Origin: Nostoc sp.
Lineage (GTDB): Bacteria > Cyanobacteriota > Cyanobacteriia > Cyanobacteriales > Nostocaceae
Direction of reading: 5' to 3'
Length of the DNA: 64,000 nucleotides
NCBI GenBank assembly: GCA_036918135.1
Contig: JBALDB010000007.1
Location: 160,001-224,000 of the forward strand
Part shown: piece after piece, positions 41,817-50,231 of the stretch
Layout of the letters: the number at the start of each line of letters is the position of its first letter
How positions within the stretch are numbered: the stretch's first letter is position 1
Translations under genes and position numbers: made by a program
The notes under the pieces: model-generated
Database searches by the model: none
The model's input: only the letters and a program-made list of their open reading frames with translations
What the model was told of the DNA's origin: nothing

Positions 41817-42941
41817 CTATTTTTTTGGTAAAAATGCAGCATATTGTTCTTTTGTCAATACAGCATCCTTCACATTCACCTGTTTGGGAATTAACTTCAA
41901 TTTATAATAGATATCTGCAACACCTTGTTGTAAATTTATCAGATTATCATCAATTGCTACAAGACCAAAAGTCCGCCTGTTAACTGCTTTTCTCATCGTT
42001 TCTAGGTCAATTCCTAATGCAGGTGCTAGAGTTTTTGCAACTTCTTCTCTATTCTGTTTAGACCATTCTTCTAAATTTTTAATTTCCTCTAGTATTGCTT
42101 TTACCGTTTGAGAATTTTCAGTAACAAATTTGCGGCTCATTAAATAATATCCTCCCTGTTTATTAATTCCTGTACCATCAATCAAAACTCTTGCTTTAGT
42201 TGCCTCTTGAGCTGCTGCATAGAAGGGATCCCAAATCACCCAGGCATCTACACTACCTTTAACAAATGCAGCACGGGCATCGGCTGGTGCCAAATATTTA
42301 GGTTCAATGTCAGTATATTTCAATCCTGCTTTTTCTAAAGCTTGGACTAACAATAAGTGAGCGCTAGATCCTTTTTGAAAAGCAATTTTTTTACCTTTGA
42401 GGTCAGTAAGTTTTTGAATTGATGAATTCTGAGAAACAAGAATTGCTGAACTGGCTGGAGTAGCAGCAGTACCAACAAGATAAATTAGTGATGCTCCTGC
42501 TGCTTGAGCAAATATTGGTGGTGATTCTCCTACAGGACCGATATCAATACTACCGACATTCATTGCTTCTAGAAGTTGGGGCCCTGCTTGAAATTCAGTC
42601 CACTGTACAGTTATACCTTCTGGTGCTAAACGCTTTTCTAAAACACCCTTGGTTCTGAGTAAAATATTTGATTTTTGATAACCAAATTTTACTACTGTTG
42701 CTTTATTGTTAGTAGAATTAGTTACGGATACAGAGGTAGTACTGGCAGTAGGAGAAGTAACTGTTGGTATTGATGAGCAGGCAGCAAACAGCAAACTCAA
42801 ACATAACCCTGTAACGAAAGCTCCGGCAATTGGTATAGAGCAAGAGAATAATTTTTGTTGGTTCTTAAATAGGATATTTCTCAATTGGATCGATGATATC
42901 CACTTTCTAATCAAGGGGCGAAAAATTAAACTAATCATCAA
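41817..42941 (-). CDS. ssuA: Aliphatic sulfonate ABC transporter substrate-binding protein
   Basis: Lipobox-like FAAC; GYQK, WTEFQAGPQLLEAMNVGSID, GESPPIFAQAAG, KGSSAH, DAWVIWDPF. Confidence 0.88.
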   Translation of the reverse strand: MMISLIFRPLIRKWISSIQLRNILFKNQQKLFSCSIPIAGAFVTGLCLSLLFAACSSIPTVTSPTASTTSVSVTNSTNNKATVVKFGYQKSNILLRTKGVLEKRLAPEGITVQWTEFQAGPQLLEAMNVGSIDIGPVGESPPIFAQAAGASLIYLVGTAATPASSAILVSQNSSIQKLTDLKGKKIAFQKGSSAHLLLVQALEKAGLKYTDIEPKYLAPADARAAFVKGSVDAWVIWDPFYAAAQEATKARVLIDGTGINKQGGYYLMSRKFVTENSQTVKAILEEIKNLEEWSKQNREEVAKTLAPALGIDLETMRKAVNRRTFGLVAIDDNLINLQQGVADIYYKLKLIPKQVNVKDAVLTKEQYAAFLPKK

Positions 42942-43146
42942 AATAATTTCTCCGAGCTATAAATACTATAAACCTATATGTTTACCGTAGTATATATCAA
43001 TAACTCTTTCTATATTGCCTCCTTCTACGTAGGTAAGAAATATTTTTGACTGTTTAAAAACTCGTAATAACTGCTGTATCCGGGTGGTTTTGCCCACACT
43101 TGAAAAAGTTAATCAATTATCACTTTTATATAACAGATTATTTAAG

Positions 43147-43290
43147 GTTGTGTTGCAAAAACTTGTTGAGGAGAAAAATTCTAGATAAATTAGAACAAAT
43201 TAGGCAGTAATACTGAAGATTTGAGCAACAAATTTCATTTGAGTAATAATGTCTCCTTTTTCAACTCCCTACTCGTTTTTACAACACAAC
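43147..43290. mobile_element. MITE / internally deleted IS
   Basis: Terminal inverted repeats GTTGTGTTGCAAAAAC ... GTTTTTACAACACAAC (one mismatch in 16) enclosing 144 bp with no ORF. Confidence 0.6.
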
Positions 43291-43305
43291 TCGAAAAATA
43301 CAATC

Positions 43306-44067
43306 CTAATCGAGCAAATCAGGTTCTTCCCGCACAATCCTTTCGTAAAGTGGCTGGAAGCTAAACCACCCACTTGTAGGCGCTCCCACTTGAGTGTGTG
43401 TTAAACGGGCTGTTTCGTGTTGAATAATACTGGGTCTACCTGCGGCTTCTGCCAACAATTGCGCTTGGCACGATCGCTCAAGGCTAATGTACCAGAAAGC
43501 GGCTTCATCTACGGTATGTCCCACAGTTAAAATGCCGTGGTTACGCAGGATGATAGCTTTATTTTCCCTTAAAGCTTGTGCAAGTCGCTTGCCTTCACAG
43601 GTATCTAATACTCCTGTATAATCTTCATCAAATAAAGCATGGTCTTCATAAAAGGCACAAGAATCTTGAGTCAAAGGGTCAAGCAGACGACCCAAACTCG
43701 ACCAAGCTTTGCCATAAATTGAATGAGCGTGTGCAGCTGCAATCACATCAGGTCGAGCCTCATGAATCTGAGAATGGATAACGAAGGCAGCTTGATTGAC
43801 CTGAGCATCGCCTTTCACCACCTCACCTTCTTTATTAACCAAGATCAGGTCAGAAACTTTGATATGACCGAAGTATGTGCCCAATGGATTGATCCAGAAA
43901 TGATCTGTAAACTCCGGATCGCGTACTGTAATATGACCTGCAATGCCTTCACAGAAGCCGAAGCGACAAAACAAGCGAAAAGCGGCGGCGAGGCGTTGCT
44001 TGCGATGCAGACGTTCATCTTCAACTTGCTCGAATACAGGGGGTTGCGGTCTATCGTAGTTGGGCAT
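43306..44067 (-). CDS. Class II aldolase/adducin family protein
   Basis: EGIAGHITVRDP, AFVIHSQIHEARPDVIAAAHAHS, ILRNHGILTVG; likely start MPNYDRP at 44067. Confidence 0.9.
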   Translation of the reverse strand: MPNYDRPQPPVFEQVEDERLHRKQRLAAAFRLFCRFGFCEGIAGHITVRDPEFTDHFWINPLGTYFGHIKVSDLILVNKEGEVVKGDAQVNQAAFVIHSQIHEARPDVIAAAHAHSIYGKAWSSLGRLLDPLTQDSCAFYEDHALFDEDYTGVLDTCEGKRLAQALRENKAIILRNHGILTVGHTVDEAAFWYISLERSCQAQLLAEAAGRPSIIQHETARLTHTQVGAPTSGWFSFQPLYERIVREEPDLLD

Positions 44068-44329
44068 ATTCTTTATCCTCCTCTTTGCAGGGAGCATTGG
44101 AATATCCACAGCGAAAAGATGGTAACCATTGCTGTTGGGCAAGTAGCTCTTGAAAATAGGGTTCTAATATAGCCAGAGTTTGTGTACTAACACCAATAGC
44201 ACCTTCCGTAATTTTACGTACTGTTGCTACGAGCGATGCCTGCGGCAACGCGAAGCGCGAACGCAGTTCTGGGCTTTCAATAAACCATTGGTCTTCTGGT
44301 AATGGTTCTAAAATAGTATCGTTCGTCAT
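44051..44329 (-). pseudogene. Probable 5' remnant of a cysteine-dioxygenase-like gene
   Basis: MTNDTILEPLPEDQWFIESPELRS..LEPYFQELLAQQQWLP resembles the helical N-terminus of cyanobacterial CDO-like cupins; no cupin core follows. Confidence 0.45.
44233..44264 (+). repeat. 24-nt small dispersed repeat inserted in a HIP1 site
   Basis: GCGAT[GCCTGCGGCAACGCGAAGCGCGAA]CGC. Confidence 0.78.
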
Positions 44330-44467
44330 CTATATTCCTCATTAATTTAAGTAAGTCGGCATCAATAATACGTCGTTGCTTACTTAATCTTTATTTAAAT
44401 ACTTTCGTTTTATTGTGCCAAGCTAATGACGAAATTTTTTACTTTTGGCGATCGTAGTACTATATTT

Positions 44468-44671
44468 TTACTTTTTATTTTTAATATTAGGGTGAATTTT
44501 GAACCCAAGTTGCTCAAGTTTTAAATGAGAAAACGGCTCCTTGAGAATGATAGTAAACGGATATCGCTGGAATACGGCAGCTTTACCTTGTGACAATAGC
44601 AGCCTAGCACGGCTGATACGTACTGGGTATAACGGTTGTTGGTTGGCGTCGAGAATGAGAACTTTGGTCAT
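44468..44671 (-). CDS. Stand-alone RRXRR/PLMP-domain mini-protein (IscB N-terminal domain only)
   Basis: VLILDANQQPLYP..RARLLLSQGKAAVFQRYPFTIILK is the hallmark IscB N-terminus; AAGGA RBS upstream; stop after 67 codons. Confidence 0.78.
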   Translation of the reverse strand: MTKVLILDANQQPLYPVRISRARLLLSQGKAAVFQRYPFTIILKEPFSHLKLEQLGFKIHPNIKNKK

Positions 44672-44963
44672 GTATTAAATTCCTTAGCGTCTTCTGAAGT
44701 TTGGTAATTTCATCACAGTTAGGTGTGACAAGTGCTTGCCATCCTTGATTCTTAATTACCTAGATAAGAATGAAAGTCTAGAATTAAACTCCAGCACTCT
44801 CGTCTTAATTGCCCATTGAGCTATAGTATTAATTAATTAAAATACGATAATTCGGTCGGGTAAGTGTAGTTTATAAAAACAGAACGTATCACATACAAAT
44901 TAAAAAAGCAAGTCATCGAAGAGGACTTTTAAGAAGTCACCAGCGCCCTAAGCCAATGCTAGT

Positions 44964-45252
44964 GATATCATGTTCATATCATGTCCAGTTGAATACTTAT
45001 GATATCTGTGAGGGTTGGTAATGGATAATGGGTAATGGGGAATAAAAATACAGTTTAACTTTTCCCTCTTCCCCAATTCCCAATGACCTATTACCAATTA
45101 CCAGCAACACCAACATATTGTAAGTAATTAGCCGAACTTGATATCACTCAAATAACCGTCATTGCGATCGTAGGGAAGCAATCCCAAAAACGTTGTGATT
45201 GCGTCGTTTAAATCGCTTAGGACATATTACGGGTTATTTACCGGACATCATA
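44964..45252. repeat. Nested MITE/STRR/REP relic cluster
   Basis: ATATCATGTCCAGTT...AGCCGAACTTGATAT and ...ACCGGACATCATA ends; GGTAATG/TTACCAA heptamers; GTCATTGCGA..GAAGCAATC REP-like piece. Confidence 0.5.
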
Positions 45253-45315
45253 GTGACTTCTCTTTTGGGACTGACGAATAAAAATATCCCCCTGCTTACA
45301 CTCAACAGTCATCAG

Positions 45316-46212
45316 TCAGCTACTCGGCTGACTCACATCAAGACAAGCTTGCACAAAGTCTTGAACTACGCTGTTTAAAGAATCTCGTCGCCACGCCACA
45401 GCTAGCACACTGGGGCTGACATCCTCAACTCGGCGGAAAGTTTGCCCGGACAACGTGTAAACTTGTGTGCTGCTTTCCGAAACTAGTGCTATTCCTTGAT
45501 TATTAATCACCGCCTCCATTGCTTCATTAGTATTATTTACTTCCGTGCCAAAAATGATTGGATGTCCGTCACGCTCATTTTTTGCTAACCAGTAATCTCG
45601 CCATATTCCTGTTTCAGCGGGCACTGTAATAAACGGTTCATTAACCAAATCAGCTATCTGCAAGACTTCGCGCTGCGCCAGTGGATGCTCAGATGATAAA
45701 GCAACCCATCTTGGCTCAACCAATAATATTTCAGTGAATAATTTTTCTTGTTTGGGAACTGGTAACCATAATAAAGCAACATCAGTATTGCCAGAGAGTA
45801 GTCCAGCCGTAGGATCTGAGAACTCAAAGAAACGAATCGCCACCTTCCATCCTGGTTGTAGGGCTTGAAAGCGTGAAAGGATAGATTTTGTTAATTCATT
45901 GCCAATCCGACAAATAAAACCAACCCGCAATGTCTGCGTTTCCCTTGCTGCTACTTCTCGCAGCTTTAATAAAGTAAACTGCCAATCTCCGATTAGTCCT
46001 GCGGCTAAAGGCAAGAGTGCTTCACCAGCAGCAGTCAGTTTCACTTCTCGACTATTACGGCGCAGTAATTCAATGCCCAATTCCCGCTCTAGTTGGCGAA
46101 TTTGCTTAGATAATGCTGGTTGTGAGATATATAACCGTTCAGCAGCACGGGTGAAGTTCAACTCTTCAGCCACGGCAACAAAGTAACGAAGCAAGCGTAA
46201 ATCTGCATCCAT
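45316..46212 (-). CDS. LysR family transcriptional regulator
   Basis: LRYFVAVAEELNFTRAAERLYISQPALSKQIRQLERELG. Confidence 0.95.
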   Translation of the reverse strand: MDADLRLLRYFVAVAEELNFTRAAERLYISQPALSKQIRQLERELGIELLRRNSREVKLTAAGEALLPLAAGLIGDWQFTLLKLREVAARETQTLRVGFICRIGNELTKSILSRFQALQPGWKVAIRFFEFSDPTAGLLSGNTDVALLWLPVPKQEKLFTEILLVEPRWVALSSEHPLAQREVLQIADLVNEPFITVPAETGIWRDYWLAKNERDGHPIIFGTEVNNTNEAMEAVINNQGIALVSESSTQVYTLSGQTFRRVEDVSPSVLAVAWRRDSLNSVVQDFVQACLDVSQPSS

Positions 46213-46302
46213 GCTGTTTAATAGTTTTTATTTATTCTTTTTGGTTATAGCAGTATATCTTGGACTTTTGAGAGAGTTTGCGATAAAAACTTTTAATGAG
46301 TC

Positions 46303-46470
46303 AGGGATTGGGGATCGGGGATTGAAGACTGGAAATTGGGGACTGAGAATTGGGCACAATATGCTCCAGGTGCAAAGTTCTGGAGAAATACTTGCTGCAA
46401 TTCTTCTACTCTCTGCTTGCCATTCCCCAGCCCCTATTCCCCAATCCCCAGCCCCCAATCCCAATCCCTA
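46303..46470. repeat. STRR heptamer repeats in inverted arrangement
   Basis: GGGATTG/GGGGATC-type heptamers followed by CCCCAAT/CCCCAGC-type heptamers. Confidence 0.7.
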
Positions 46471-46474
46471 GCCT

Positions 46475-49400
46475 ATGTTTGTCAACACTTTTATCAGACG
46501 CCCAGTTCTGACTACTGTCTGTACATTCATCATTTTGCTGCTAGGAAGCATTTGTATTCCTATCCTGCCGATTTCTCAGCTACCAGATCTGGCCCCGGTG
46601 CAAATCACTGTTAGCTCGAATAATATTGGTGCAGATGCTCAAACAACAGAAAGCACTGTTACTAACATTATTGAGCGACAAATTAATGGGGTTAAAGATG
46701 TATCTTATATATCTTCTAATACGGGTAATGATGGTTCAAGCAATATAACTGTTTCCTTCCCAACTAATGTTAATAGCGATATTGCTCAAGTAAACGTTCA
46801 AAATAAAGAAGCTCTCTCCGATCCTCAATTGCCGGATACCGTTCAACGAACTGGTGTGACTGTTGAAACGGCATCAAGTAGTCTGCTTCTAGTTTTTGGG
46901 TTCTTCTCAGATAATAATGAATATGACAACATTTTTATTAGTAATTATGTTGACCTATTTATTCTCGACCAGATTAAACGAATTCCTGGTGTAGGAAAAG
47001 CCACTATTTTTGGAGAACGCAAATATGCAATGCGTCTTTGGCTCGATCCTAACAAGCTTGCTCAACATCAACTAACTCCTCAAGATGTGACAACTGCCCT
47101 GCAAGAACAAAATATTCAGGTGGGTGCAGGGGCAATTGGTAAGGAACCAGCACCAGATAATCAAAGCTTTGAATTTGCTTTACGAGCAAGTAGTCGATTC
47201 AAAGATGCGGCTGAATTTGAGGAGATGGTGTTGAAGGTGGGTCAAAGTGGCACTGCTAACACTAACACCCTAGTTAAAGTCAAAGATGTCGGTCGAGTTG
47301 AGCTAGGAGCAGAGAACTATCTTGCTGATGCCAAATTTACTATCCCAGGAGATGCTCCCAAGCCTGCTGTGGGTTTAGGAATATATCAACTTCCAGGCAG
47401 TAATGCCTTGCAAGTTGCTCATGCTGTTGAAGAACAAATCGCAACGCTAGCAAAGAGTTTTCCACCAGGACTTAAAGCCGAGTTGGCATTTGATACGACG
47501 CCATTTGTGGAAATTTCTTTAGAAGAGGTGCTACACACCCTAGTTGAGGCGATTGTGCTAGTGGTCTTGGTAATTTTTATTTTTTTGCAAGACTGGCGCA
47601 CCACAATCATTCCCACTGTTGCGATCCCCGTGTCCTTGATTGGGACATGTGCGGCTCTTTTGGTTTTAGGATTTCAAATTAATACACTGACTTTATTTGG
47701 TTTCGTTCTGGCGATCGGTATTGTCGTTGATGATGCAATCATTGTGGTGGAAGCTGTTGCAGTCAAACTGGAACAGGGCTTGAAGCCGTTTGATGCAGCA
47801 GTGGAAGCGATGAAAGAGTTGACGGGAGCAATCATTGCTACTTCACTTGTACTGATGGCAGTATTCATTCCAGTTGCATTCATTCCGGGCACTACTGGGA
47901 TTGTCTATAAACAATTTGCCTTAACCATTGCTTGTTCGATTGGAATTTCGACTTTCAATGCTTTAAGCTTCTCTCCCAGTATGGCAGCGATCCTGATGCG
48001 CCCAGCTCGGACTCCACGCGGGCCTTTAGGCTGGTTTTTTACACAGTTTAATCGAGGATTTGGCTGGTTCACGCGCCGCTACGTCAGGTTTGTGAGCTAT
48101 CTTACCCATATCAAGACAGTTGTAATTGGAGTTTTTATCGCTGGTTTACTGGCAACGGTTTTCATGTACAAAACAGTGCCTACCGGATTTATTCCAGAGG
48201 AAGACCAAGGCTACTTCTTTGTAATTGTCCAAGGGCCTGACGGGGTTTCTTTGAGATACACAGAATCCGTGATGAACCAGGTTGTCAAGGAAATTACAGC
48301 GCTTCCCCAAGTGAGAGCTAGTTTTATGATTAGTGGTTTTGGTTTCGATGGCAACGCTTCTAATTTAGGCATTGCCTTCGCTAACTTGAAACCTTGGAAA
48401 GAGAGAGCCGAACAATCTCAATCTGTTTATGGCATACTTCAGGGGCTAAACAAAAAGCTGTCTACAATTACCGAAGCTAGAGCGATCGCTGTAAATGCTC
48501 CTCCAGTTAGAGGGTTAAGTACTACGGGTGGTTTTGAGTTTATCATTCAAGACCGCACGGGCAGTGCGCCAATTGAAACTTTGGTTGATACCACTCAAAA
48601 GTTCATTGCCGCAGCAAATAAAAACCCTGCTCTCCAACGAGTCTTTACTCAGTTCACCGCAGACACTCCCCAATTTGAAATCCAGGTAAACCGCAATCAA
48701 GCCAAAGCTCTGAATGTGGAGATTAATGATGTCTTTGGGGCATTGCAATCTTACTTGGGGTCACAATATGTGAATGACTTTGTTCAAGGACAGCGACAGT
48801 ACCGGGTATATGTCCAAGCAGATGGAGTTTTCCGGTCAAATCCTGATGATATTGGCAAGTTATATGTTCGCTCATCAACTGGGGTGATGATTCCCTTGAG
48901 TAATTTGGTAAAAGTTAATCCCTTTGTGGGGCCGAAAACAATCTCGCATTATAACTTGTATCGCTCAATCAAAGTCCAAGGCGCTCCTGCTCCTGGTGCG
49001 AGTTCTGGACAAGCGATTAAAGCGATGGAGCAACTAGCAGCAGAGGTTTTACCCCAAGGATTTGGCTACGAGTGGACAGGGACTTATCTCCAAGAAAAGA
49101 CATCTGGAGGAGCTACCGGACTGATTTTTGCTTTAGCGATCGCGATTGTATTTTTGGTGCTGTCAGCTCAGTATGAAAGCTACATTGACCCAATTATCAT
49201 TTTGTTGACGGTTCCCCTGGCAGTTTTGGGAGCAATGACAGCGATTTGGTTGCGATCGAATATTTTCATGGCAGGTAGCCTGTTTCCCAAAGTAGTAGAT
49301 GATATTTATTGCCAGGTAGGTCTAGTGACTTTAATTGGTCTAGCCGCCAAGAACGCGATTTTAGTTGTGGAATTTGCCAATCAGCTGCACGAGCAGGGCA

Positions 49401-49774
49401 TGAGCTACACGCGGGCAGCGGTAAAAGCTGGACAAGAACGTTTGCGACCGATTTTAATGACTTCCTTTGCAGCGCTGCTAGGATTTTTGCCCTTGGTGAT
49501 TTCTGAAGGAGCTGGAGCAAGTAGCCGTTGGTCTTTGGGGACAGCACTGTTTGGGGGGCTACTGCTTTCGACATTCTTGAGTTTGTTCTTAGTGCCAATT
49601 CTCTATATTCTGGTTAAGAGTTTGGCTGAAGCGATATTTTCTCGTCGGCGAGGCGGAGGCTCAAATCCTCCAGATTCTCCAAATGGAACTTCGGATGGAC
49701 ATAGAGCTTTGCCTGCTGGTTCAATTCAGCCAGAAACACAATTGCGATCGCAGCAGGATGGAGGAATTGTCTAA
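46475..49774 (+). CDS. RND efflux transporter permease (HAE1/AcrB family)
   Basis: FIRRPV, AMRLWLDP, GIVVDDAIIVVE, GFIPEEDQG, GLAAKNAIL, RLRPILMTS. Confidence 0.95.
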   Translation: MFVNTFIRRPVLTTVCTFIILLLGSICIPILPISQLPDLAPVQITVSSNNIGADAQTTESTVTNIIERQINGVKDVSYISSNTGNDGSSNITVSFPTNVNSDIAQVNVQNKEALSDPQLPDTVQRTGVTVETASSSLLLVFGFFSDNNEYDNIFISNYVDLFILDQIKRIPGVGKATIFGERKYAMRLWLDPNKLAQHQLTPQDVTTALQEQNIQVGAGAIGKEPAPDNQSFEFALRASSRFKDAAEFEEMVLKVGQSGTANTNTLVKVKDVGRVELGAENYLADAKFTIPGDAPKPAVGLGIYQLPGSNALQVAHAVEEQIATLAKSFPPGLKAELAFDTTPFVEISLEEVLHTLVEAIVLVVLVIFIFLQDWRTTIIPTVAIPVSLIGTCAALLVLGFQINTLTLFGFVLAIGIVVDDAIIVVEAVAVKLEQGLKPFDAAVEAMKELTGAIIATSLVLMAVFIPVAFIPGTTGIVYKQFALTIACSIGISTFNALSFSPSMAAILMRPARTPRGPLGWFFTQFNRGFGWFTRRYVRFVSYLTHIKTVVIGVFIAGLLATVFMYKTVPTGFIPEEDQGYFFVIVQGPDGVSLRYTESVMNQVVKEITALPQVRASFMISGFGFDGNASNLGIAFANLKPWKERAEQSQSVYGILQGLNKKLSTITEARAIAVNAPPVRGLSTTGGFEFIIQDRTGSAPIETLVDTTQKFIAAANKNPALQRVFTQFTADTPQFEIQVNRNQAKALNVEINDVFGALQSYLGSQYVNDFVQGQRQYRVYVQADGVFRSNPDDIGKLYVRSSTGVMIPLSNLVKVNPFVGPKTISHYNLYRSIKVQGAPAPGASSGQAIKAMEQLAAEVLPQGFGYEWTGTYLQEKTSGGATGLIFALAIAIVFLVLSAQYESYIDPIIILLTVPLAVLGAMTAIWLRSNIFMAGSLFPKVVDDIYCQVGLVTLIGLAAKNAILVVEFANQLHEQGMSYTRAAVKAGQERLRPILMTSFAALLGFLPLVISEGAGASSRWSLGTALFGGLLLSTFLSLFLVPILYILVKSLAEAIFSRRRGGGSNPPDSPNGTSDGHRALPAGSIQPETQLRSQQDGGIV

Positions 49775-50159
49775 AAGGGACTGGGGAGCAGTCATCGAAG
49801 AGGACAAGGTGACAAGATGATTCTTGGGAGAACTTGCAACAAGTCTTTCCCCCGTTCGCAAGAGCGTTAGTGACTTGTGTTTTTGTTTCTCCCTCCCCTT
49901 GTCCTTTTAAGCGTTCAGCCAAACATCAGATTACTGTTTTATGACTCCGAGTGAAGAAAAATCAAATACAAAATCACTAAACCTACGTAAAGTTAGAGGT
50001 TTGGGCATTAAATTTTATATAAAACCTAAAATATTGATTCTTGCGTAAACTATTTTGCAACAGGGATTCCAGAATATTCTCTTAGAGAGAGTCATGGAGC
50101 GATATTAGTTATGTCTAAATATTGGTTTGCAAGGTGATACTTCTGTATCAGAATATATT

Positions 50160-50180
50160 TATCGCAAATTTTTTTCAATT
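50160..50180. promoter_or_regulatory. Possible Fur-box-like site
   Basis: TATCGCAAATTTTTTTCAATT, an imperfect AT-rich palindrome ~50-100 bp upstream of a siderophore synthetase. Confidence 0.35.
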
Positions 50181-50231
50181 GGTATTAGTTATGGACTCAA
50201 AAATCCTTAATTAATTACAGCCACAATTGAA

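Noticed and set aside
44672..44950. omega-RNA or SAM riboswitch upstream of the RRXRR gene
   Set aside because: Could not find the conserved sequence blocks of either by eye; needs an Infernal search.
46211..46614. Short ORFs between LysR and the RND gene
   Set aside because: Translations of STRR heptamer repeats.
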